DNA of 62,933 nt, filler included, from Rhabdomonas costata (Eukaryota): the NCBI GenBank assembly GCA_019059605.1. It is 38 parts of 38 records of this genome, joined end to end, with 100 filler letters (N's around TTAATTAATTAA, not from the genome) between each part and the next. Parts side by side here need not be neighbours in the genome. Positions count along the whole stretch, not along the records: positions 13,281 to 14,841 come from JAHMHO010013059.1; positions 14,942 to 16,502 come from JAHMHO010013060.1; positions 16,603 to 18,161 come from JAHMHO010013061.1; positions 18,262 to 19,821 come from JAHMHO010013062.1; positions 19,922 to 21,481 come from JAHMHO010013063.1; positions 21,582 to 23,140 come from JAHMHO010013064.1; positions 23,241 to 24,799 come from JAHMHO010013065.1; 31 more parts are not named here. One strand, 5' to 3'. A model generated the notes under the pieces. It was not told where the DNA came from and ran no database searches. It was given only the letters and a program-made list of their open reading frames with translations. Of the stretch, positions 13,283 to 24,357 are shown piece by piece. Both the position numbers and the translations under genes were made by a program. The first letter of the stretch is position 1, and the number at the start of each line of letters is the position of its first letter.

Positions 13283-13567
13283 GTTGTGCTTCAAGCGTTA
13301 CTGTTGACTTGTGGTGCTTGTCTGGTGTTCGGTCCTATGCACGCTCTAGGGGTTGTGGGTATGTCGCGTCGTGTTCCTGAGTTCTCGGATGTCTAGCTGC
13401 CGTTTGTGTCCCTCGGTTCCTTGGGTTCCTTGTTGTTGTTGTTGCCATCTGCCTTCCTTGTCTTGCGTCTCCTCTCCGGTGCTGCGTTGAGTGTATCGTC
13501 TTCTGTGTCTGCTGTGGGGCCTCTGCGTGAACTTTCGTCTCCTTCCTATCCGGCTTTGCACTCCCAA
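13283..13567 (+). CDS. cox1: Mitochondrial-type cytochrome c oxidase subunit 1, 3' region (TM11 to C-terminal tail), with in-frame TAG at 13394-13396 (mtDNA fragment or NUMT)
   Basis: QALLLTCGACLVFGPMHALGVVGMSRRVPEFSDV*LPFVSLGSLGSLLLLL...PLRELSSPSYPALHSQ aligns to COX1 FFPQHFLGL.GMPRRYSDYPDAY...SS.GS..S...LEW..G.PPP.HTF. Confidence 0.85.
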
Positions 13568-13729
13568 GTTAGCATCCAGGTCTTTGTATTCGTATCCGTA
13601 TCCGTGTGTGTATGTTCTATGGTAGAGTGGGTAGTAGGCTGTGGGGTATCGGTGTACTGTGTGACCGATGGTGGTTCATGCTGTGTGCTCCCTCCCATGG
13701 TTGAGCTGCTACTTGTTGGGGCTCTGGTG

Positions 13730-14079
13730 GTGGAGTTACGAGCGCTGTGGACCCAAGGCCATGGTGTGAGTGTTGGTGCTGTCAGCCTTTGCATTGAGTG
13801 GGTAGTGGTGCTAGGGGACCGGTGGGTGTTGTGGCCGTTGGTGGTACATGGCATCTACTCCATCTTGGTGGCTGCATCTGTTCATGGTGAGTCCGCTGGT
13901 AGTGGTGACGAGGGGTGTTGGTGTACCGGTTGGGCATGTCATTCCTTGATCTACGATCCGTGGGAGGGCTTTACGGTGTGGCTGGAGGGATCGGTGCTTA
14001 CCCTACACTCAACTTCTTGTACATGCCTTGGCTTCCCCTCTCACGTGCGTATCATTCTACTATTGTGTATCTTGTGTAG
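13730..14079 (+). other. Possible highly divergent complex I antiporter-like (ND4/ND2/ND5 family) segment split across two frames
   Basis: ELR...G...VVHGIYSILVAASVHG in one frame and GVLVYRLGMSFLDLRSVGGLY...WLPLSRAYHSTIVYLV in another reproduce ND4 spacing (DLK...HG...GVLYDR...GGL-x20-LP-x11-LV). The AYSS motif and the TM12 Glu are absent. Confidence 0.3.
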
Positions 14080-14941
14080 TCTTGTGCTACAGAGTGTATC
14101 GGTAGTAGGGTGTTGGCATCCTAGCGTAGGGCATGTTGGCATCTCCTCTCCAACCTAGCCGTGTCTTACCCTAGTATTAGAGCGTTGTGTGTCACCGTGA
14201 CTATGTTATGGCGGTGGTGTGGGTCCGGCGTGGAGTGGTGTTGTCGACCTCAGCATGGCATCTGCGTCACAACAGTATCAGCCCATGGTGTGTGTTGCTG
14301 TCATCCTTCTCAGTACCCTATCACATCATGCGTAGTGTACCCTCTATGTTAGGATGGTGTGTGTGTGTGTGTGTCTCCGTTTCCAGGGCCCTGTTGTTGG
14401 TGTCGTGTTGGTGTCAGTCTCAACCATGCTCTCTCAGCCATGCTCACCCTCTTCGTTAACCGTGCTCACTGTTACGCTTTGCTTGTACTTGTGTGTGTTT
14501 CTGTCTCCGAGGGTGTCAAGTGGTACGATGTGTGGATTCAGGGCCTCGTGGTGGTTGGATGTCAGGATGTTGGTAGTGCTTGGTGAGTGCATGATGTGTT
14601 CCTGTGTTTCTTGACGCTTCTGGAGTGGAGGTTGGTGGTTGGATGCTGTTGGTGAAGTGCAGTGGTGAGTTGAGGCGTAGTGGTGAACATTCCTACCAGG
14701 TTTCTAGAGTGTAGGAGTGTAGAAGATGAAGAAGATGAAGATGAAGGCCTTCACCTCTATCGCTGATGCCCTCTACTACGGATGGCTCCACTGCGTGACC
14801 CATCCTTTGTACTTACCCACACAACCACACACGCCCAACACNNNNNNNNNNNNNNNNNNNNNNNNNNNNNNNNNNNNNNNNNNNNTTAATTAATTAANNN
14901 NNNNNNNNNNNNNNNNNNNNNNNNNNNNNNNNNNNNNNNNN

Positions 14942-15359
14942 GTTGGGTTTTGTAAAGGAACTGAACGATTTTCGGATACTCTCAGATCAGGTGGCAATCA
15001 TCTACGCCACAGAAGCTTTGGCACCATACGCTAGTGGGATTGTTTGCCGAATGGATAGAAGTTTTGATACGCTCAAAAGGCGGTTTTGCGACCAGACATG
15101 TGACTAATGTGGTTTGGAGGTTGAAGTAGCTGAAGACTTCGGAAGTAAATTTTCAGTTTTAACATCAGCAGTTTGTGACTTGGAGGAATTTTGCTAAATG
15201 GAACAATGTTTGGGAAAGAGACCATATTGCAGTACCTATTTGTAATAGGCTTGCAAAGTGACATTCAGGCAAAAGTGATGGCGAAGAATCCGAGGAGCCT
15301 GAACGAGGCCATGGAAAAGGCCTTGGAGTATTTCAGCAAGCCGAGACCCCATCCGCAGG
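14942..15359 (+). mobile_element. Degenerate LTR retrotransposon (Ty3/gypsy-like) gag relic
   Basis: ETILQYLFVIGLQSDIQAKVMAKNPRSLNEAMEKALEY matches the gag capsid motif F..GL...I...V....P.TL.EA...A. The upstream part is broken by stops and frameshifts. Confidence 0.65.
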
Positions 15360-15783
15360 TAATCGTTGCTGTACATAAGCCTGATGGTGCAGTTCAGAGA
15401 GGCTATCTGTTTCTTTCTTTCCTCGCCGCCGTTCTTTTTTGCCTTTCATTTAAGTTAGCGGGCACAAATATGCTTGAACTGTTCATTTTCAGTGTGGCCA
15501 ACCCGAATTAGATGGTAATGTGAGTAGGGTAGTATGCATCTGGTACCCTTGGGTGGCAGAATGGACGTTGGGGTGATTGATGTGTTCTGTATACGTTCTG
15601 TTGATCACGTTATAATTGGTTCCCACACCACCACAAGGTGGTTACGAGCGTGTCGCGCGAGACGACTCCTTGTGTAAGAAAAAGTAAGAAAATTGATGAA
15701 GTCATCGCTCCCCGCTCCGCGGTACGCTCCTCCTCAGCATACGTTATTTAAATCACACTAGTCCTTGCTGCGCGATGTCCAAT

Positions 15784-15852
15784 GCACACGCACACTCACA
15801 CGCACACGCACACTCACACTCACACGCACACGCACACGCACACGCACACACT
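15784..15852 (+). repeat. (CACACG/CACACT)n microsatellite
   Basis: Read directly from the sequence. Confidence 0.9.
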
Positions 15853-15924
15853 CGTCCACTCTTTGTGTGTACTCACACTCACTTACTCACATATGCTCTC
15901 GGCGTGTCCCACCCACTGCCTCAG

Positions 15925-16019
15925 CTTCTTCCGCCGCCGAGGCGTCGACTGCGGCTTCCAATAATGGACAAATGATGTACTTTGCCAGCTACTCACATCT
16001 GAGCATCCACAAGGCAATG
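15925..16019 (+). CDS. Protein arginine N-methyltransferase (type I PRMT) exon with the N-terminal YFxxY helix
   Basis: MMYFASYSHLSIHKAM matches PRMT1/3/6 YYFDSYAHFGIHEEM. The exon is flanked by cag and gtgcgt. Confidence 0.7.
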
Positions 16020-16458
16020 GTGCGTGACACCTTTCAAACTGATGTCAGCGTGGAAGTGGGAGAGAGGTGCGAATCCTGCAATTAACATAATAGAGAGGCA
16101 GTGCACACAAATAGAAGTTGTATTTTTTGTGTCTCTGTGAACTTTGCGCAGGTTGGAACCTTTCATCTGCATTGAGTTTCCTACCACAGCAATTTTTACA
16201 AAGACTCTTGGCAGATATTGTTATGAACTGTTTTACTTTCTCGACATCCTCCTTTCCAACTCATACCACGCAGGCACTTAGACGCTCACATTATCACATG
16301 AAAAACAAAACGTAGAGTAATCTAACATAGATATGAGAACCAAGAACACCAGTATCCAATAACAAATATCCAAGAAACCCAGCGATAAACAAGAAGTGCA
16401 ATAACGTTTACAACGCATACACAAAACATAACACAACACCAAAAAGGCAGCAAACAAA

Positions 16459-16502
16459 AAACTACAACTACAACTACAACTACAACTACAACTACAACTA
16501 CA
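16459..16502 (+). repeat. (CAACTA)n hexamer repeat at contig end
   Basis: Read directly from the sequence. Confidence 0.9.
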
Positions 16503-16688
16503 NNNNNNNNNNNNNNNNNNNNNNNNNNNNNNNNNNNNNNNNNNNNTTAATTAATTAANNNNNNNNNNNNNNNNNNNNNNNNNNNNNNNNNNNNNNNNNN
16601 NNTTTTGTTGGTCAAACGAACGCATTGATGGACGCTTGTATGCTTATTTTTGGGTGTATGTGTGTGTGTCTGGTGAGCATGTCTGCAC

Positions 16689-17972
16689 CCAGGATAGGCT
16701 CCTTGATGTCCTCCAGGTTGATTTCGATGACCTATGGCGAAACGAGAAGAGACTTTGGAAACCCAACTGGGCGATTTTTCTTTCCTCCAACTCGCACGAG
16801 CTCGTCGGGCAATTGAGCGGAAGAGAGATAGAGAGAAACGGAAATAAAGTCCACAGGATCAGCCCAACCCCAACTGCGAGCACTTAGTGGGGTCAACAGG
16901 CCGACCCCACCCACCCCCATCCCCACACATTCATCTCTCTCTCTGGATCACAGTGGAAATGCTGAAAAAAGGCGTAAAAGGTCGGTCTCTCTTTCTCTTT
17001 CTCCTCGATGATAATGCTCTCTTAACTAACGGGAGAGAGGGCCCCCTCTTCGGCTGGTGGCAGCTGTATGGTGGACAGCACGGCTGCTGCAGTGCCCCAT
17101 TGTTGGATTACCGAGAGCTTCGGGTTCTACATCCTCATCCGCGCAATCTCAATGGAAGGGTGCCAGGGAGACGGGTGCGCAGTCGGAGGAACTTTGTTTT
17201 GGGAGCTTCTTCCTCCCACTCTATTTTTCAATCTGTGGTGTGTGAGTGACCTCGGAATAGTTCGCGTTCTTGTCAGGGATAATCAGAGTGGGGTTGGCAA
17301 TCCACTTCTCCATCGCCGCAGCGCGGCGCTCCAGGGTGCGGGCATCCTGGTAGCCCTGGGAGATCATCCACCGCAGCAGCACCACGTTGGACTTCAGGTA
17401 CTCTGAAGAGGGTGGGGGAGGAGAGCGCAAGTACCCCTTCTGCACATTCTTCACATGCACATAATCAGGATCCGAAGCGCACGAAGCGTTTTCGCACATT
17501 CGATCATGTATGTTGTAGTATCTCTCTGGGTCGACGGCAATAACCACAAATATAATGGAAATGCATTGCGTTTTTTTTTGCTGACGCGGATAGAATGCAA
17601 AGCCGAGCATTTTTTCGGAGCAGGGCTCTTCGCCCCCCAACCCTCAACCTGCCAGGGATGCACTGGTGACGCACATAATGGAGAGGGTGTTGCCGATAAA
17701 CACGCATTTCCATCTTCGAAGCTTCAGTGTAGAACAATGGAATTCCAACCCACACGTCCCACAAATATTTTGGCTCCAAAGCCAGCGACAAGGCAAACGC
17801 CCAAGGATTCCAAAGTCGTCGGATAAAGACACCCACAGCTCCAAGGAATGGGGAGGAGGTGAACAGAGCCTGGCGGAAACACACCAATGATGGGCTCCGG
17901 CCCCAGCTGGATCGTGCACCCTGCTGCACTGCGCTCGGCAGAGGCATCGGACAGCTCGAAAGCCTGCTCCAC
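16689..17972 (-). CDS. acnB: Bacterial-type aconitate hydratase 2 (AcnB), three internal exons: 17885-17972, 17251-17402, 16689-16731
   Basis: Spliced [94 protein letters not shown] closely follows E. coli AcnB [56 protein letters not shown]...VIDIDLADIKEPIL. Junctions are GT-AG and phases are consistent. Confidence 0.95.
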
Positions 17973-20183
17973 CTGTTGCCGCACCCCAAAGCAGAAACCC
18001 TGAGAGCCTGCGTTTTATGATGTCAATGCCAATGAATTGAGATGTTTGCGACGTGTGCTGGCTATTGCACGACGGGCTCAATTCGTCAGGAAGGTGTTCA
18101 AATTTTTCGGGTGTCCGCGAGCATCATTAAGGTGCAGTGCGGTGTTGGCAACCCAACCCACNNNNNNNNNNNNNNNNNNNNNNNNNNNNNNNNNNNNNNN
18201 NNNNNTTAATTAATTAANNNNNNNNNNNNNNNNNNNNNNNNNNNNNNNNNNNNNNNNNNNNGGTGGTTTTGGTCGTCAGGTTTACGGCTGTTCGGAGTAG
18301 AGCACTCCACGCCCCAAGCGGTCCGAAACCAATGCCGGCTTGCTTCTCGTTCGTAGAAGTCGCTACCGTTTGAGAGGAATCACTTTTTCCACAGCTGCTC
18401 GATGCCCTCGTTCCCCGGTCATTCCCTACCTCCCTCAACCCCCCGGTTGTTTGGTGAACCTTGCCTTGGGAAAATGCAATTGCTCTGATTTCTGTCTCTT
18501 CGTAAGCAGAATCACCCGACCCTGCCAACCTCCTTCTCTTCCCAATGCTATTTCGGCCCGCGCGCTTTCAGAATTCCCCTCCGGGCAGATCCATATGAAG
18601 GACCCTTTGACGCCGGACATTCATTGGCCTTGTTTCCTGTGTGGTGTATTCTCCCAGGTCTCTGCCCGAGCCCCAGGAGCCCCCCGGTCCCGGTGTGACC
18701 TCGGTATGGACCCCGTATTTTTCTCTCTTTTGTGGGCTCATCTCAAGTTAGGCACAGGAACTCGCTTGCTGGGTGGTTCGCTGGACTCTTCTTCTTCTTC
18801 TTCTTCTTTGGCGCGAGCTCCTTCACCACTGTGACTGATCCGAAAGCAGTCGAAGTCGCGGGAAGAAAAAACCGAAAGGCTGAGGTGGGCACCGTGTTAT
18901 AGTAAAGCGGGTTTAATGCATACTTAAATAACGTGGTCTCACGTGTGGGCTACAATATTTTCTCTTCAGCAGTGGTGTGCAGCACGCATCCCTCCTCTCC
19001 CCCATCATTCTTCCAGGTCCTCATTTGCTGTGCTTCGCTTGGTGGTTTGACTTCAGGGAATTGTAAATTAAAGTCGCGCTTTCATTGGAAAGCCACTTTG
19101 CTTTAAGTGTTACTACAGTTACCTTTCCTTTTTTCCCGGGGCTTGACTGGTCGCAGGTGTAGCACCCTCCCCTGCCCTGGAACACTCCCCTGCAGCAACG
19201 GAGCCAGAACTCGCAGGCCTGCTGTGGGAATGTGCTTGTGGACCACCGGAACCCGGAACTGTCAAAATAGTTCATAAAAGGAAACGCCGTTTGGTGGCTC
19301 CGGCTGTCGGAGGTTCCTGATCAACGTTTACAAGGACCCAGACACCGAACTACTGTTTGTATGTTATCGGCAATGGATGCCAGTCAATGTTGGCTGTGAG
19401 GTGACCGAGGAATGTGAATGCACAGGGTAGGTGGGGGCACAGCCTCGACTTGCAGCTCAGCTCCTGAGCCTCCCCCCCCCCTCCCGGTCGAGGTGTGCAG
19501 TAGTGTCTAGGTGTGGTTGCAGCGCTATGCTGTGTCATACGAAAGATAAAATAGGAAGCACAAATGCATCAAAATCAGTTTTAAGAAAACGTAGTGCAGT
19601 CTTTTATTGACAGAAATATCAATTTCTGTGGGGGGGGGGGTGTTCCGCAGCAAGGCCTATAAGTTTCCAGCACATTGCAACGGGGCATATGATGCACCCC
19701 ACGTCAGAACAGAAAGCCTTATTATTCAGCGAAAAACCCGCGTTGCACATCAACGCAGTTACCCTGAAGTATAGTATCCAAAATCTGGTCCGAAACCCAA
19801 AACCCAAACTCTCCCAACACANNNNNNNNNNNNNNNNNNNNNNNNNNNNNNNNNNNNNNNNNNNNTTAATTAATTAANNNNNNNNNNNNNNNNNNNNNNN
19901 NNNNNNNNNNNNNNNNNNNNNGGGTTTGTGTACACTGCTGGCGAGGCGCCCAGGCTGCAGTGCCCTTCGAACCCCAATCGCCCCTGGTGTCTTTCCGTGG
20001 ACTTTTTTTATGATGGGCGGCAGACAATTTGCCGATCTGATGCAGGAAAGTTCACAATTTTGTGACAGGAGCTGAAGGAACGGTTGGAGTTTGAAGAAAC
20101 ATGATGACTGCCATTTTCACGTTTGTTTCCTTCTGCTTCCGTTTTGCTTCACACCAGCATCCATGCCTCATCCGGCTCCACAG

Positions 20184-21449
20184 GAGAACCCTGACAGATG
20201 GGTACCCGACCTACTGTTCCGTCGAGTCGAGTTCGCGATGGTGAGTGTCGACCCCACCGACGCGGACTACTCCACAGCGGCAGCCGCAGGGATGCCCCTG
20301 GCCCAGTTCCCTCTGGAAGTTGCCGTGGAGCTCTCCGAGGCCATTGCGACGTTTGACGTGGAGAAGATGGCCTTCCTGGAGAACCTTGAGGTGCGTTGTG
20401 AGTGTGTTGGCAACCGTTTTGGAGCTTCAGGGCTGCTGTCAAGTATCTCTCGAACCAAGAGAGAGAGAGAGAGAGAGAGACTCCCACTTTCACACATGCC
20501 CCGCTGAAAAGCAGAGAGTTGAGGGAGCTGGAGCGTGGATCCGGTCTCCGGAAAGAGAGATTGAGAGATTGGTCTGTAACATTCCGAACAAGAAGTTTTT
20601 TTTACCTTTTTTTATGCCAGTGTCAAAATGTGTACGTGGAGATGAGCGAAGCCCAAAGTTGAGGTTCCCTCCTAAGGCCGGGGCGCAAAATGTAAAATGG
20701 AAGTGTAGTTTGCGCGGCGAACGCGCGGTGATTTTTTGGAATTAATCTCCGGTCCTTTTAGACTTTTGGTGCACAGTGCAAAGGTGAAGTTTCGGGGTAA
20801 ATGACTGTTTCTTTGAAGGTGACGGAGGGATGTTTCTGGTGCTCGTCGTGCATCTTCAACCCCAATTATCACGCGACACACTGACTGGCTGAGTTTGTAC
20901 CGCTCAGACCTGTGCTTTAACTGCTGCGGCGAAAGGTTTCGGTGGACATTCTCGGTGAAAAGCGGTGGCACTCTGAGAACTTTAGCTGCTGGTTCACCAG
21001 GAGTCGGCGTTTCTGATTGGCAACCCAACAACGATAGGCTCACGCTACCACACAACAATCCAATAAAACATGTGCCGGGGGTAGGATGAGATTCGCGACA
21101 TCATCAGAATTCGTGTGAACGTGTAGGCGCATCACACTTGCAAAAAGGAGGTTTTAAGGAGCACATGAGCCAGCTATGAAGGAAGAGGGTCAATAATGAC
21201 AAAGAGAGAGTCTGGGTGGAGCCTACAATATTTCTTTGTTTTTTTCCGGGGGGTGGGTGCCACCATATTATTGATGGAACACAGGAACCCACGCCTACCC
21301 AGAGCTGCTGTCTGCGGATCTACCAGACCATTCGCATGGTGAAGCGGTACATCCCGCAGGCCGTGCTGGCGGAGCTGCAAAGTGGCCCGGATGCGAGCGA
21401 TGCGGAGCGGTTAGAGGAGACGGGCTCACCATACGACGTGTCGCCAATG
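20184..21449 (+). CDS. Probable adenylate/guanylate cyclase-like receptor, pre-catalytic HAMP-like linker region; exons 20184-20390, 21285-21449
   Basis: VAVELSEAIATFDVEKMAFLENLE|EPTPTQSCCLRIYQTIRMVKRYIPQAVLAEL resembles the 'IA.FDL...P...Q..F..I...L..YR.Y(I/L)P..(V/L)L' linker recalled from protist class III cyclases. The catalytic domain is not in this contig. Confidence 0.55.
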
Positions 21450-21986
21450 GTTTGCCCCCTGCCACTCGCCAACCACAAACANNNNNNNNNNNNNNNNNNN
21501 NNNNNNNNNNNNNNNNNNNNNNNNNTTAATTAATTAANNNNNNNNNNNNNNNNNNNNNNNNNNNNNNNNNNNNNNNNNNNNCACGGTGGGCGTCAGTCCG
21601 CGCAGCTGCGCGGTGAGCATTTCAGGGGGTAACAAAGGGGGCTTCTTCCAGCCTAAAAAGTTTCCCAAAAGTTCGGGGATGAAAGCAAGGAAATATGCAG
21701 TTCATTGTTGGTGGTTTTCCAAGTAGTTTGGTAGTATTGTTCCTGCACCATTCTTTGGGAAATGCAAAGGGGGAGGGCGTTAAACGGTATGGCGTTGTTA
21801 TACGGTAAAAGAACGTCACTAGGATTTGAACCATGCGGCTGGGAGGCTGTGGAGGGGATGTTGATTGGTTGATTGGGACGTGATTTTGGATCTTGCCTGA
21901 CATTTGCAACCAAAGACGTGGGAGGCGGAACCCTCAGGGCATGTTTCACTTTCGCCTTTTTGCCATCCGGGGTTCGATTCATCAGG

Positions 21987-22231
21987 TGTCCCCCCTTCCT
22001 TCACTTTGCGCAATCCTTGGAATGATTGAACACCTGGTTGAACATCCGGAATCCTGTCACATCTCTCTCACCGGTACCAGGCTCTGTGACTTGATCATGA
22101 CCCCAGAGGCGGAACTCTGGGAATGGCTGGCCAGCGACTGCAAGATGTACAATGCGGAGATTGCGACCGTCATATATATCCTGAAGAAGTTCTACGACTA
22201 CCACCCCAAGCCATCCACCAACCTGCGCTAA
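21987..22231 (+). CDS. Hypothetical protein terminal exon (possibly a SAM-like helical domain)
   Basis: Follows a cag acceptor, has GC3-rich codons, and reads ...LTGTRLCDLIMTPEAELWEWLASDCKMYNAEIATVIYILKKF...*. Confidence 0.4.
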
Positions 22232-23240
22232 ACCCAGCATGCTCATGCTCAAGCTGGCGCGGGGGGTGCGGTGTGAAGCTGAGCTGTTGCGAAGCTTTGG
22301 GTGGAGGTGGACCCCGGTGGGGTGAATGTCTGTACAGTAACTTCAGGAAATTCGATCGTCTATGTGACGCTGAATGGGCGGGTTGGACTTGGCTTCGGTT
22401 CTCACGTCGATGACTGCGAATCCTGTGCCGACTTCCGTACCGACTTTTGTGCATTTCCGCATCTTCACTTCTTTTCTGTTATATCTTGCTGTTAAATGGT
22501 TCTGGTGGAATCATGCGCCCCCTGAATTTCCGATCAACTGCACCGTAACCCTTCTAAAAAGTACTGCTGAGCCCTCGCTGAGTACCTTGAATGATGTGTG
22601 ACGGGTTCTCTGTCTCCTGGCTTTTTGACGTTTTTTTTTGATTTATTTGTCTGCGAGCTTGCTGGGAGACTGAAGGAGAAAAGAAAGGACTCGAGAGGCG
22701 TCAGAGGGAAGGGAATTAGCTGGAAGGAGTTGCTGTCCAACCGACTTGCGCAAAAGGTGGCAACAAGTCAAAGGAGAGACCTAATCCTTTGGGACAGCGA
22801 ATTGCATACCAAAAATCGCCTTTCGAAACATTCAGCCCAAGTGCTCCCATATGTTGATGTTCAGTAGCATCCTTGAATACAGAAGGGGCAGGAGTTCACG
22901 ATATTTAAGCGGAACAAGGTCACGTCACTGTGGCACATAACTTCTTGCAGTTCCTGTGAGTCCAAATAGGCAGATTTTGCAGGACGAAACAAAGGAAACC
23001 CAAGGTGGATTGTTAAATGTCAACGCTTGAAACAGGAAAGGGCAATAGGAAATAATCTGTGCTGTGCCAGAAGATAGTGCGCTGCGCAGTGGAAGGCTCT
23101 CCTGCTCTTCTCTTGAGCAAACCCGGTGGGAACTTTGTCTNNNNNNNNNNNNNNNNNNNNNNNNNNNNNNNNNNNNNNNNNNNNTTAATTAATTAANNNN
23201 NNNNNNNNNNNNNNNNNNNNNNNNNNNNNNNNNNNNNNNN

Positions 23241-24357
23241 GGTTTGGTTGTTGTGGTATGATCTTGATGCACACCGGGTGGTTGCTCTTGAGGTCCACGC
23301 ATTGCACCGCGCGAGAAAACGCCGCGCTGCCGAGGTACTCGACGATCTGGTACCGCCCCGCAATCACCGCGTTGATTCGAATAGGGTAATCCTTGTGCTC
23401 CTCAAAACCTGTCTTGCCCTTTTCGTATATCACCTTAAGCTCCAGGGCCTCGTAGGAGACCCCCCCGGACGACCGACCTGTGGCCGGAGGGTTCGCACTT
23501 GAGGTGGGCGTAGACGCTGTGACCGGTTTCCCCTCTGAGGGCTTTCCGGAGGCAGAGGAGGAGGATGAAGAGGAGGCTGCATTGGTCTCAGTACCACCAG
23601 AGGATGCTGCTGCTGCAGGGGAGGCTGCGGTCACGTTGCCCCCATTTGTCTTTGAAGAGGACTTGCCAGGGGCAGGATGATCCGCAGTCTTGGAAGCCGT
23701 GGGGGCTGCCTGGCCGCTGCTTCCTTTTGAAGGTGAGCCATCAACAGGGACCCTGGTGTAGCCCACATCATCGGGGTCAGTCCAGGCCAATTCCTTGGCC
23801 GAAGGAGAGCTCTGCAGATCGGACTGAGGGGAGGCAGGAGCGGCGATAGCGCTAACTCCTGGCACGGAAGCGCCGTCCCCAACCTCAGAGTGCTTTGCAC
23901 CTGTAGTGTCTTTCGCACCCTCCTCGGCATTGCCTGTGTTTGGGCTCTGGGCTTCGTCTGGTGGGGCGCCCATGGCCTCCGCATTGTCTGTGCTCGCAAA
24001 CTGTTTCAGCTGCTGCTCCAAGCTGGTCTCAAAGTTGACGACGTCCACATCTACCGAATCGTTGGCCGCGGAATCCTCGGGAGCCTCCAGGGGCGCCGGT
24101 GCCCCTGGCTCCTGTTCAAACGGGTAGGAGAGCTGCCTCGCTGTAGTCGCCGTGGTCGCAGGCTTCGAGGACGACGGCTCAGCTGAGGAGGGGTCGTCAC
24201 AAGAGGAGGGGGCCGTGGGGTTGTCCCCAGGCGGGAGCTCGATGCCGAGAGACTCCAGCTCCTGCAGGAAGACGGACTCCGTGTTCCCCAGGCTGTTCAC
24301 CCGGAGCCAGTCCAGAAATAAGCCCACGGGGTCGTCGCTCTCCTCCAGCGACGCCAT
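23241..24357 (-). CDS. DYRKP: DYRKP-type (plant-like DYRK) CMGC protein kinase, N-terminal 372 aa, truncated by contig end
   Basis: LisH-like N-terminus (LFLDWLRVNSLGNTESVFLQEL), low-complexity linker, then ELKVIYEKGKTGFEEHKDYPIRINAVIAGRYQIVEYLGSAAFSRAVQCVDL...VCIKII with the diagnostic GSAAFS Gly-loop. Confidence 0.9.

Noticed and set aside
13406-14158. 250-aa ORF from the track as an independent protein
   Set aside because: Its start is the continuation of cox1 after the in-frame TAG, and its length is favoured by A-poor composition.
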